A program made the position numbers and the translations under genes. Under the pieces are notes generated by a model. It saw nothing but the letters and a program-made list of their open reading frames with translations. It searched no databases and was not told the DNA's origin. A stretch of DNA of 64,000 nucleotides, from positions 1,426,001-1,490,000 of the forward strand of contig CM102288.1 of the NCBI GenBank assembly GCA_046563655.1, written 5' to 3'. Shown piece by piece: positions 14,341 through 29,500 of the stretch. The stretch comes from Yuukianura sp. NJ FZ-2021 (taxonomy: Eukaryota). Numbering within the stretch: position 1 is the first letter of the stretch; each line of letters begins with the position of its first letter.

Positions 14341-15763
14341 TAGCGCTTCAGAAAGTTCAAAATCAAACATAAAATTTCGTATCGATTATTAAAAAATGGG
14401 AAGACTTCCGATTTTTCCAGATAGTAATAAATGCCCTGTGTCTCTTTATTTAGTTACCTTGCTTTAACTCAAAGATTTTTAAATAAAAACCCATGATTTT
14501 TACGAAATTTTGCAAAAATTTTGGACTGTCTGCCTTAACTCTAGCACGCAAAATCTCGTTCCAAAAAATTCAAAACTTTTTTAAATGAATTTGGAGTTTT
14601 TAAATTTGGGAAATCAAATTTAATTTTTATTGCTACAAACAGATCCCACTTGAAAAATAATTTGTTTTGTACTCACGCCAAATTCTGCAGCAGAAAATTC
14701 GAATAATTTAGATTCGACGTGACGTTGCAGCATAAAACTAAAATTAAAACAAAAGTCTAACGTCATTTTTTTTTTCAAACCTGAAAATCTTTATTTTTTC
14801 GTTTGTGCAAGTATAGGCCGAAGAGTTTATTACTCTCTATCGCTTCCCATTACCGAGATACGAATTTTCAAAGTTCTTTAATTTTGTGAAAGCTTGTCCA
14901 GATTTTCCTGGATTCCGGATTATCTCTTTTCCGTAAGTATTTTTAGAACAGGATTCAAAAACCTAACATTTGCTAGGCATTTCGCACTTTATGAATCGGA
15001 AGCATTGTTCCAGAGCACATTCCCGTTTATCACTGTTTTAGTACTTTGAGCCGTTACTATCAGCCAAGCCGTTAGCCGTTACGATTTAACGACATCATAA
15101 CCGTTACCATTCTAACGGCTTAAAATTTCTATTGTTTTCAGGTTAGGCTTTTTTGGCTTCTGAAAATTCAAAAACTTGAAAGTCCGGATTTATCTTGTTC
15201 CTGTTGATGCTGGTGGCTACTGCAAGCTAGTTTAAGTCTGATATGAACAAGTTCACGTACGATTTGATGAGAACTTTTTTAAGAAGACAAAGATGTCCAA
15301 GTCATTGGACTTTTGTCACGTCTCCTCGAGTAGCATAAAATGATGATGACGCTCATTAAAAGTCAGTTGACGCAATTTGACAGAAGGAGAACCAAGGTTA
15401 AGGTTCTTCAATTTTTTCAATACTTCGCAATTCGCGAATTTGGAGAGAGGATTAGATGACTAAACTGTAAGAAAAGTTAAGCTTCTGTTGCTTATAGTGA
15501 CTGAAACGAAGTTCTGGATTAGGAATAAGACAAAATCCAGGGTCGAGGTCACGATGGTTCGACCGGATCACCAACTTGAACCTTCGTCCACTGCGCATTC
15601 TACTTCTGTTCAACATTATATAAATAGTCTATCCAGTTCAAAAGCAACCAAAGTTATCACGAGTGGACAGAACGAGAATCACTTCAGCCTAGCAGCTTCT
15701 ACCAGACACATCATCTGCTCAACTGTTCCTTCGTTCTTCGTATTCAATTTGATCATTGTCATC

Positions 15764-17983
<2,220 letters not shown>

Positions 17984-20586
17984 AAAAAAAACATAACATA
18001 TTTTCATTGCAAAAATGTTGGCAAAAAGTTAGGTTTTGCAAAAATCCAAGCGCTACTGTTGTAGTCGCAGCAGGAGTTTCTACGAATCTCAAAAAGTTTG
18101 GATTTTGAATGATTTATTTTTGAAACTTAAAAAGTTTAACTAACTTATTAATTCCAATTAAAACCTTCCACTATATCAAAATTCAAAAATGCTCAAATAC
18201 TACAAAAGTTTTGAAAACAAAAAATGTGTTGTCTAAAAATACTTTTATATTGTTCCGATTCTGTCCCGACTAAAACGTTATGAACTTCCTTCTGAACAGA
18301 ATTTCGACTTTTGAAAAGTTATTAACTTTCTCTCTGAACTACTTTCACCAAGTGGCATTTCGAGAAAAAATAGCTAAATTAATGTAAAATTATATACAAA
18401 AATTATGTTAAAAGTTAATCTGAAAGCATAACTACACTAACCTAACTTGAAAAATTTTTTAGTATATGCTAAAAATGGAACTTGATCCTGAGATTATGCC
18501 GAAGATGAGCTAATGAATGACGCTGCTAATGATTTCTAGGAAGTTGCTGATTTTTTTTTCACTTGTTCCTCTTGTGGCTTGATTAGTCAATTGTTGCAAA
18601 TTCCTGTTAATTACAGGTGAGGTTGGGAGGAGGGCGGTTTTTGCGTTGATTCATTCCCACCTCAGCCAGGCCAGGAGTAGCCTAAAGTCTATTGTGCAAA
18701 ATTCCAATTGGTGAAGATACGTAGGAGGGAGGCTGGCGCCACTCGCTTTCATCTCCACTCCAACATTGTGCAAATATTTGCAAATTTACACTTTCAGCAA
18801 CACAAAGTTCATCCATTCACAAAACTTACTAAGCACCCAAGGAACCCTCCAAAAAGACCTTAAGACTTCTCAATCTAGTTGACCAGAGTGGAATTGTTGG
18901 TGACCATCACCAAAATTTTGAAAAAAATCAAACCTGTTTTGAAACACAAAAATTTCCCCAAAAAACGTGTTTGTTTTTAGTATCAGAAGGGAAGATCTTT
19001 TTGGCTTGTGCCAAATTCAATAAAATTCAAAAAAAAAAAAAAATTTACCCCTACCTAACCCAAAACCTGAAAAAAGAAACACACCCACAAATACAAATAT
19101 TTTGAAATCGAAAGAATTTTGTCAATAAAAACGAAATTTTTTATGAAATTCTAATTTTATAACTTTTAGCCAAATTCTCCGCTTTCTTTTCCAAAAATTC
19201 TTCGTAAATGAGGCTTGTTATAAAAGGTGTCAAAGTTTTGTCCATTTCAGACAGCTTGGCATCAATTTACCAAAAACTGTCATAAATTCAAAAATTCTGT
19301 TCAAACAAGAAACTGTCCGTTTGAACACCATCAATGACAAAATCCTTTCCGTGTCCTTTTTCTTCAAAATTTTGAAAAATGGTGAACTCCATGTCATAAA
19401 CTTTTAGAAGAAAAATTTCCGTTCACAAAATGAGTCCCTTCACCTGAAATTCTGAAATTTTCTGTTTGTTCTTCAAACAGGTAGGTTTCTCTTGGTTTAT
19501 TCAGAACAACAACTTTGAAACGCTCCTAAACTTTCCTATTCTTACAAATTGTAAACTTTTTTTTTGGATTAGCTTTTTCAAAAAAAGCTTTTTTGAAATT
19601 GAACGGTATAGTACAGCCTCTGTCACCGAGAATATTGTTTCCGATGCCAAGCAGTCTCCCATTGTCATCCTTCAAAAAAAAATGCTTTGAGTTCAACAAT
19701 AGCAAATTCCCAAGAATTTTAATCCGATTTACAAAACGAAACTTTTACCAAAAAAAAACTTAGAACTCCCACAATCCAGAAGCTATCTTCACTATAGCCA
19801 ACTTTTTCAAGTGTCCCTTAGAACTGAGAACTTTATAAAAGAAAAATGAAGCTAAGGGCCCCTGGTCCTTGTTTCTAAGGGCCCAGTTTCAGGTGTCAAG
19901 TGTCCATCCACTTGTCTCTCTGTGTGGGCATGACATCGGACCAGTGGACAAGGTGTGAGGATTAAGACAGGAGTAACTATGAGCAGAGTAATTAAGGGCC
20001 CAGTTCCTCTGAGGCCTCGGCCGCCCAAGGGTACCCTTTGCCTTTTCAAAGGGCCCCTATTTTTCTAATTTACACTTGAAAAAGGGCCGATTCCGCACCA
20101 AGTTTGAATGACTTTTGTCGTGTCCAAAGTGGGAATTGGCAGTGTAAAGGAATGAAGAAGCTTCCTTTTGAAAAGACGTTGTTGCGTCTGAGTCGAGATG
20201 TTTCAGTTCAGTGCTAACTCTCATCTCATACAGATCACTTCCTAATCTTGTCCCGTTTTCACCCTACTACGATATAAAAGCAGTGATTAACAATAGGTTG
20301 AACAGGCAGTGTCAAAAGAGAGCAAGTGTCAGAAGGTCAAAGGTCACTCGAGAGATAAACAATCAACTATTTAGTGTTTCTCAAGTTCAAAGCCAAATTG
20401 ACACCAAAAGTGTAAAAGCGTGGCATCAAAACAAGCCATGGACGCTAACGACTTTGGAGTTCTAAAGTGACAAAAGTTGAGTTTAAAAGTGACAAAAATA
20501 AAAATTAAGTAAATAAGTTCAGAAAGTTTTTCTGAAATCTGAAAATTTTAGTGTCTAGTTTTTTGAAAAGTCAAAATTTGATCAAA

Positions 20587-23500
20587 ATGCGTGGAGTTTT
20601 CATTTGGGCTTTGGCTTTACATTTGACCCTGTTGGTCATTTCTTCTGAAGCGACAAAAACACCGAATCGGGTTGACGGAATCCGAAATTTACGAAGGACG
20701 AGCCGATCCAAAATTCCATTGAAAGCGGAAGACGGACGCAAAAAGTCAAAGCGAGCTGGAGGTAAAAGTTTTAAAATTTTGAAAAGTGGTGAAAGTTTTT
20801 GCTCTTTACCTTCTTTTTTGAATTTCTGAAGTTGCAATAAGAGTCTAATTAACATCTCTTAATTAAGATTCTAATTTACACTTCATTGTTTCAGTTTTCG
20901 ATGCTTTTGCTAATTTCCTTTTTTGTTTTGCTAACTTAATGAGAGAGAACGAAGGTCTTTTGAGTATCGGATGAATGCACTTTGGGAAGCGTCTAGTCAG
21001 TTATTGTTAGAGTTGTAAATACTACTATTTTTTTTAGTACATAGACTATTAGTCAGTTTAACTAGTATGTCTAATAAAAACTAGCGAACCATTTTATTTT
21101 GGCAGAGGAAGTATTAACTGTACAAGCACTAACAAAAAGACTCAATTTAGACTTCCATTCAAGTGGGAGACGACGACAGTGATGCACTAAAAGTCATACT
21201 GCGCCATTTTCAAATTTTTGGGATTTACTACATTTTAATTCAAGTTATTTCTGGAGGTTCCCCTCTCTCGTCATAGTCAATTTAAAGTTAATTAGGATGC
21301 GGAACTTTAAACTTCTGGAAAAATAAACTGGTCAGTTAAGGAGTTCAAGTCCCCTACTTCCACCTTATGATTTCAGATTTCCGTTTTAGAAAAAATTTCT
21401 AAATTTCGAAGAAAAAGAAAAAAAAGGTATTTATTAGGGGAAAAGTTGAAATTTTTATTTTACTTTTTTTCAATTTCAAATTGAGACAATTTGAATTGAA
21501 TCCATTGACCCATGGCGAACTGGTGAAAATACTTTAAATTTTTGGATAATTTTTTTTGGCAAATTTTCAACCGGCGTCGAACTGTTCCAATTTTTTTTTT
21601 GAAGAGTTCGTAATTTTGTGTTTGAAATTTATGTTTTAGTGGACACATGCTTTGATATGCTCGAGTTTTTAGCAAAAATTTTAACAAAACTTGTGCAATT
21701 TTTCAAGAAACTGAGCTGATTGTAATGATTGTTTCTGGAAAAAAGGAAGTGAAAGTTGTTTCTGGTGAAAGTTTTATGCTGCTGTTTAATCTCTCGTGTC
21801 TCATGGCGTCGTCCATTCCGATCCGTTGACTTTTGATCTTTAGTTGTCGGAATTGCAAAAAAGTTGCAAGAATGCTTGCAAAAAAGTTGCTCAAAATGGA
21901 AGCGCCAAGAGAAAGGCCTGGCTGGAAGCTGGTAGCACAAAATGAGTGTCTCGAGCAGTTATTGCGCGGCTTGACTTTTAGGGAATATGGAGAGGAGCTT
22001 CGGGAAAAAGATTTTGGCGCCAGGCGGATCTTGTACCAAAAAAATTTTTTTTGCAAGTCTGCAAGTAATTCTTTGGGAAGAAGAGATGTTCACTGGTTGT
22101 GAGAGCTGTTCTTATTAAAGCTATAGAAGAATATCCTAGAAGCTCTTAGATAAGTTGTTAGTAATGTCTTACACTAAAACTCCTTCAGAAAAAGCATCCA
22201 AGAATCGAGGTCCAGCTCACCAGCATCAGACTCTCTTGAGATCTTTTCGTCTATATTTACATTTGGAACAGCTTGATTCCTCAACTTATACTTTACTACT
22301 AATACTAAAAAGTTAGTCTAAAAAGCATCATGTCGTCATTCAATTTACAATAGCCTTACTATACCTCCCCACCCAACAACCTTTCTTCCCCTCCCGCACT
22401 TTTTTTCTCTCCCTGTCCTTGTCTCACTCTCCGACATTTAGAACACCGACTTTTTCTGTCCAATGTTCAAACACTTTTTTTGAATGTTCAAAGACAAACT
22501 TTTGGTTGTGACATGAAAGGAAAAGGAAAATGTTAGGTTAGGAATCTTTTTCCATAACTTACTGAATTCCATTTCCTGGAATGTCCTCAACTTTCTCCTT
22601 GGATGAGCAAATGGAATGGAAACGGAACTGAGCGTCTCCTGCGCTTTGCTTCCTGAACAAAATGAGCTTAAGCGCAGAACTGACGGCGGGTCAGAATGTC
22701 AAAAGAAAATAATTTATCACTCTTCTACGTTTTTCACCAATTCCTAATTTAAATTTCAATTACTTGGAAAAATAACTTTTGTTAAAAAAAAAAGACGTTT
22801 TATGGTAGGAGAATTGAGGAAATGATTCGAAAAGTTGGATTTAAAATTGATTTTTTTTATAAATCAGGCTATAAATCATGTTGAATGGATGAGGAATTGT
22901 TCGATTTGCATTTCCTTATTCACGAATTTATTTCATTTTTAATCCTATTATATTTTATGTTGATTATGTATCGATATTATTTTTACTGGTAAAACTTGCT
23001 TGACAAGCGAGGAGTTTGGTGAAAGTCAAACTTTCACCCTGCAGAGAAATTCATTGTTTAGAGAAATTTAAAAAATGGGGTAAGCTCAAACTTTCCAGTT
23101 TCAAAAACGCGGGAAATAAAATTTCGAATTATGACGCTTTGTTACGTGTCACGTGTTTTCACATTCCAGATTCACTCGCATTCCGCACACTCTTTGTTCT
23201 TGATCTTCTGCTGCTGGATATGAATCAAAGACTTAATCAAAAACTTAAATTTTACAACTTATAATATGTGATTAATTGATTGAATTAGTTTGCTAGTAAA
23301 ATTGTAAGGTAAGATTGCAATAAGTTGCAGTTGCAATAAAGTAGGAATTGAACAGAGTATAAAGCTCTATGGGCATGATTTGTTAAAAATAGTGTGCAAA
23401 TTAGTTAATTACAATTGTAAACAATGGATCTCAAGAATACGGAAATATAAAACCATTTGAATCCTACAAGTTTTCAATACAAATATTTTTGGTTATATGG

Positions 23501-26500
23501 AAAAGGTTTGCGTTTTTATATGGAAAAGACAAGTTTTTCTTCCTGTCCTCGTGTTTTGCCCGTCGCCATTAATTTTTAAGTTTGTTTTGTGTTGAAATTT
23601 TAATTGTTAATTTATTTGTATTGTTTTTGTTCCCTTGCAGAATGCCGCCTCGGGAAAACCGTGCATGAAATTGGAGAGAGCTGGAGTCCAGACTTGGGAG
23701 AGCCCTTTGGAATCATGTACTGCATCCACTGCTCCTGCGAAGCCGTAAGCCAATCAACTAATCAAAGTCAATTGACTCACACCCACGAACAATTAACAAT
23801 GGATGGATGGACAAAGTGCAGTTGGAGTTGGGAACACAAAACAGAGACACTGAAACATGAACCAAACACGTCCTTTTTATTCCAATTGTATGCAAAGTAC
23901 TTTTGTCATTTGCCCACACACCAAAAAAGAGGCAGGGGGAGATACTGGACAAAACTGGTCATGAATTGTTGCCCAATTGTCCACGTCTACGAGAAAACAA
24001 TTAAGACGGAGACAAGTTACGTCTTCAACTCCATAATGTGTCCATCCGTCCAAGCTCAATTGAAAACTCTACTGTAGTTTACTGGGTCTCCAAGTTATGT
24101 AGTCAATAGTTAGTTTAGATATGTGCACTTGACAAGTATCTGAAATCGATCGAGCTGTAACTTACAAGTATCTAAAATTATCGTCCGAAGTTGTACCCTA
24201 AATCCTGGCATATAGAGCGGGCTGTATCTGCCGGTTTTTGCCCCAACAAGCTTTTATCGGTTGAATCTGTTTCATAGTAAATTGGCGTTTGCGCGGTATA
24301 AGCGAGGATTTAGGGTAACTTACACGTATCTAACATAATCGTACGAAGTTGTACCCTAAATCCTCGCATATAGCACGGCATCTTATTATTATTACTTTTT
24401 TTTTGCCCAAGCAATCTTTTATCGGTTAAATCTGTCTGAAACTAAACCAGCATGTGTGCGGTATAAGCGAGGATTTAGAGTAACTTACAAGTATCTTAAA
24501 CCACGTTGTAAAATTGTAGTGGTTGGTGGGGACGGCGGTGTTTGGTGGTATGACGAAGTGTCTTTAGATGACTTTATTAAAGTGTTAGTTAAGTTTTGGC
24601 AGGGAATTGAGCCATCATCCTTCTTCTATTTGCCTTTTGATTAAGTTAGGGACAAGTTGTAAGAGTTATGGTGTTTATAAGAAGACACGGGTAGTCGTAG
24701 TCAAGTGGGAATTGGGAATTGATTCTTAATTCCTTCACAGCGTCTTCGTCGCCCTTGGTCCCATTCCCATCATCATCATCTGCATCTGTGCACCGGATCT
24801 TGTAGTATCTTTACAGTTTCTTGGCTATTTTGCCCAATATTTTCACTATTTTGTTGGGCTAGCCAAAAGGGGAATGTCTGGATTTAGCACTCATTGTTGG
24901 CACAGTGTCAACTGACTGGAGTCCCCAAGTGATCACTCAAAGGTGAAAATATGCATGAAGATACTACTTTTTTAGAGGGAGTAACTATAGGATTGGTTCA
25001 GGAGGAGATGAAGGATAATTCCCGTTCGTTTTCCGCTTGGAATCAAGACATATGTATCATTTGGCATCAAATTTAGATCTTAACGAATCTAAAAAGCTTC
25101 TGCTAGGAAGCTAACTTTTCTTAAAATGTTGCCAAAAAATCAAAAGTTGTGCGCAAACATGACCAATATTAAACCTTATTTTTTCCACATTTTGTTCCAA
25201 AAGTTACTTGCTACTCTGCTGATGATACGCCACAAGAGCCAAATTATTATAAAATGTCGCCTCTTTTTTCTCCCATTTTCTACTTCAATATTTTCATCAC
25301 GGAGCAACCTCAAAAAAACTAAAAATATCACTCGAACTAAAAATCAAAACAACTTTTTTCACACTGGTTGCAACTTTTTTTCAACACAAGCCTTTACTTT
25401 TTTTTCATCATTCGTCCTATCCCCAAACATCGTCACTTTGGAAGGTTAACTAGACTTGGATTGATATTTTTTACAAAATGACAAAAAACAGCACACTTTT
25501 GCATTTTTTGAAATACGTCTCGCCATTTTGGGCTCCTGTGAACTAAAAAGTCGAAATGTGTAAAACTGGAAGCCATAAACACCAATTTTTATATCCAGTT
25601 TAGAGTGTAAAAGTTGGAACATTTTTGGAATCCATTTGAGATTAGGACACAAAAATGTCTGGCTTTTCTAAAATGCTGATGCTGGCACGTACCGAAAAGC
25701 GACACGAGAAGCTTAAAATTTTGGTGTCGAAAACACTTTAAATTTTGTCATAAAAGTTGCATCAGCCTTGATTTGGCTCCAACAAATATTCAGTTCATTT
25801 TTTCAAAAACATTTTTAGTAGCATTCAGTACACGTTAAGCTCACGAGCTTACTTTCAAGTTTACTTTCTAGGAAAAAAGTGAAACATGTTTTTTAAAAAC
25901 CAAAAAAATTCAGAATTTATGAGATTATCGCCTCATTTTCATTGGAAAAAGTCAAAGGGAGGGAAGAAGATGATGTTTTTGGCTCATTTGGCCACACATC
26001 TCAATAAAAATATTTCGGAGATCTTCCTTCCTTTTTACACGCTCTTGCATCTTGATCTTTCTGTTTCAACTTTTTTTCATTTGAAAAAGGAATGATCTTC
26101 CTCCCTTGCCTTATGTGTTGGTGATTTACACTGGCGCCGCTAACATTATCTCCTTTGAATCTTCTTCCTTCTTACATTTTCCCATATTCCCTTTTTTGCA
26201 AAAATCATTCTCTCCTGCGCACCAAACTACTTTTGTGTACAAAAAGGAAATGTACAAAAACGAGAATGAATTGGGCAAATTTCAAAAAAAAAAGTTTGTA
26301 TTTGGGTGTCACGAGGAGGTCAATGGACTTTGGAAATTTTATGAAAACATGATCATTTTTCAAATTTGCAATAAACTTATTTTTAGACACTAATTAATAA
26401 TTGGAAAAATATGGATATCACATTTCACTTCCTCTTTTTTGCACACCACAACAACATTCCTTCTTCACAGAACATGAAATGTGAAGAGATTCATAAATCT

Positions 26501-29500
26501 TTTTTGCAACAGCAAAAAACACAAGAGCCTCTTAACGGTTTTTTTTAATTGAATAAGTCTAGTCGTACCGTAAAAAAACGAGATTCAATTTGCAATAAAA
26601 CGGAACACTTCGAAATTGAAATTTATTTGAGAAAAAAAAATTATCGAGATCTCTAATTTTAAGGAGCGATCTTGATCTCATTATTTTTTGCGCATCTCAA
26701 GACTTGAGCCTCGTTTTTGGCAAGTTTGGCAACTTTTTTTTTCTACTTCGCGGAAAAAAAATGTTATACCAAGCTAGAGCTTATGGGATCTGCTGGACAA
26801 TTGTTATTCTAGGCTTCAACTGTGATTAATCCTGTTGACATTTTTTATATTCTTGGTTTAATTTTTTTGAAAACAGGTACAAAAGAAACGGAAAATTGTG
26901 GGCCGTGTGAGATGTCGGAACGTAAAGAACGAATGTCCGAAATTGGAGTGTTCTGATGCCATTTCCAGTCCTGGACAATGTTGCAAAGTCTGTCCAGAGT
27001 CTCGTCCAAGTAAGTTTGTTTTTTCCAGGACTATCATGGACGGAATCATTTATGGACGGATAGAATGTAAACTAGGATTAGGAAAAACTAAAGTATCCGT
27101 CCATAATTTGCCGTCCAGGAACGTCCGGTTATCATATTTTGGTGAAACCATAAGAAAAACATAAACAGCAAGACATGTGTCACTTGGGACTTCGTCAAGC
27201 GTCAATCTCCTTCCAAGGGAGACTTGAATTGGCACTGGACGGAGCCGGGACATTTCGAATTTGGTCTTTTGTCTTTCATTTTGGTTTTTTTGGAGAGATG
27301 AATGAGATTGGAATAGAAAGATGGTTGGGATGATAGGCCAAATAGGGACGACAATGAAAAGTGACTTATTTGGACTTTGAAAGACAGACGAGAGCCTTAG
27401 TAAAGTTCAACTTCTTGGTTAGTGGGAGACTTTGACTCGTTTTACGTTCAACTTTTTTGTCGGAGAAGTTTTGGACATGAGGACATTGAACAAAAGAAGT
27501 AAAGAGTTAGACAAAAAGTAAACTTTGTAATGAAATTTATGTGACCGACAAACTTCTTTTTCAAGTTTTACTACGCTTTAAGCTGAACATTAAACACTTT
27601 TCTTAATTGATCATTGATCTTCTAACTTTTATGATTTTTGTGTGTCTAGGTTCGGATAATCAAACATCGGATGCTGTTGATGAGAATGACATCAATGAAA
27701 ACAACAAAGGTCAGTTTTTATGACACTCAAGTCGCCGTTTACGTCTTGTTACAGACATGAACTCTTATAAATTATGCCCCAGGAATGTTAAATTATACGA
27801 AAAGAACAAAGAATCCCACGGACATGAAACTTAATTAACATAGACTTCAATTGTTTTTGTCTTTTGTATTCCAGAGTATGCTGCTCTTCTGACCCCAAGG
27901 TCATCGAGCCTCATTAAATCAAATACTGGCCTTGGAGAGCCCATGACCACTGGAATTGCCTCAGCTCGCTTCATGTTTCTCCATCGAAACCTTTACTTTT
28001 CGTTTGTGCATAACCAAGGTCTTCCGAGACCAAAGTTTGTTCAATTTGTTGACCCTGAAGGGAATGTTGTTGAGGAGCAGGAGGTGACCATCAATGTCTA
28101 TCAAGAGGAAACGAAGAAAGTTTGTGGCGTCTGGAAGAAAATCCCACGCGTCTATAGAAAACTACTCAAGGAAGAGAAATTGTTTGCAGCTTTAGTCACA
28201 GAAAAAATTGGAACTGACAATGACCGGTTTCTGGTAAATTTTTTTAGTTTTTGTTACCCTATTTCCTGGCGTATATCGTGTGCGATATCATTTCTTGTCG
28301 AAAACAAAACAAAACAAAATTACACGTTTATAATAATCAGACCTGCCAAAAATATTTATTAAAAACAGCGAAATATTTAAATAAATACAATATTTAATTA
28401 AAAGCTCGAAACATTGATTTTGTTAGCATTCTTAGCATGCATGGGAACTAAATATTTTTGGCATGTCTGATAATAATTACTAATTTTTAATTACTCAAAT
28501 TATCAACCTGCCATTGGTAGGTGCATGTTTCTATTAACTGTTTTTCGAAGAAAAAAAATGTAGAATTTGTTAATTTATACTAAAACCTACTCAAAAAATA
28601 TACGCCGTGAAATAGGGTATTACGGAATTTGACATTGTGAAAGGCATTGAAAACTGTTAATTGTTCGTAATTTCTGAAAGAAACTAAAATATTTTTTTGA
28701 AAATCTTAAAATAGGCTGGACGAATTGCCAAACAGCGACATGTCGCCAATGAACTCTACTCGGCTCTTCTGGAACCTTCAAGTCAAACTCAGGCTGTAAG
28801 CCATTATAACTTTATTTACTGTGTAAAAGTATGCTCTAAACGCTTAAAATTTTTGTTCCCTCCTCCGCTTTTTAATATTTTACTTTTTTGAAAAGATGAA
28901 AATATCTATACAAAAGTGGATCCAAATCCCCAGTGGGCCTGGAAGTTGGAATTCCAATTTCGTGAAATATGGGCTTCCTCTGAATTATTTCCTCAAAACA
29001 GTTATTTTTCAGTTTCAACTTAACTGAAGCTGATAGGTTCTGGTCCTTGCCAATTTCCTAATAGCTTTATGAGTGTTATGACAGATCACTTAAGGATCTT
29101 GTACTACTTTAGTTTTTGAAAAAATAAGCTAAAGTTAATTTTTTTTTCGCAGGGTACAGGAGGAATGGGCGTCCTCACAGTTTCCGCCTCCACGGGTTCC
29201 ATTTACCTCAATTTGATTTTCAGCGGTGAATTTACGGAAGAAAGAGACATTGGCGTGACAGTTCGAATTGCTGATGGCGGCGGAGCTGGAATTGAAGAAA
29301 CCGTGATTTTGCCAAAAATTCAATACGAGTCGAACACGGTTGAAGTGCGAACAATTTTGGAACTGGAGCAACTTCAATCCCTTTCCCGCGGAACACTTTT
29401 CGTTTTGTTGTACTCCAAGCGAAATCCAGCTTTCAAACTCTACGGTGTCATCCAAGCTAGGTAATACAGCGAAAAGCCTGATGTTTTACTCAACTTTTAG

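Noticed and set aside
18470..18515. Short match (ATGGAACTTGATCCTGAG) to p38 coding sequence
   Set aside because: Too short, followed by a stop, and no flanking similarity.
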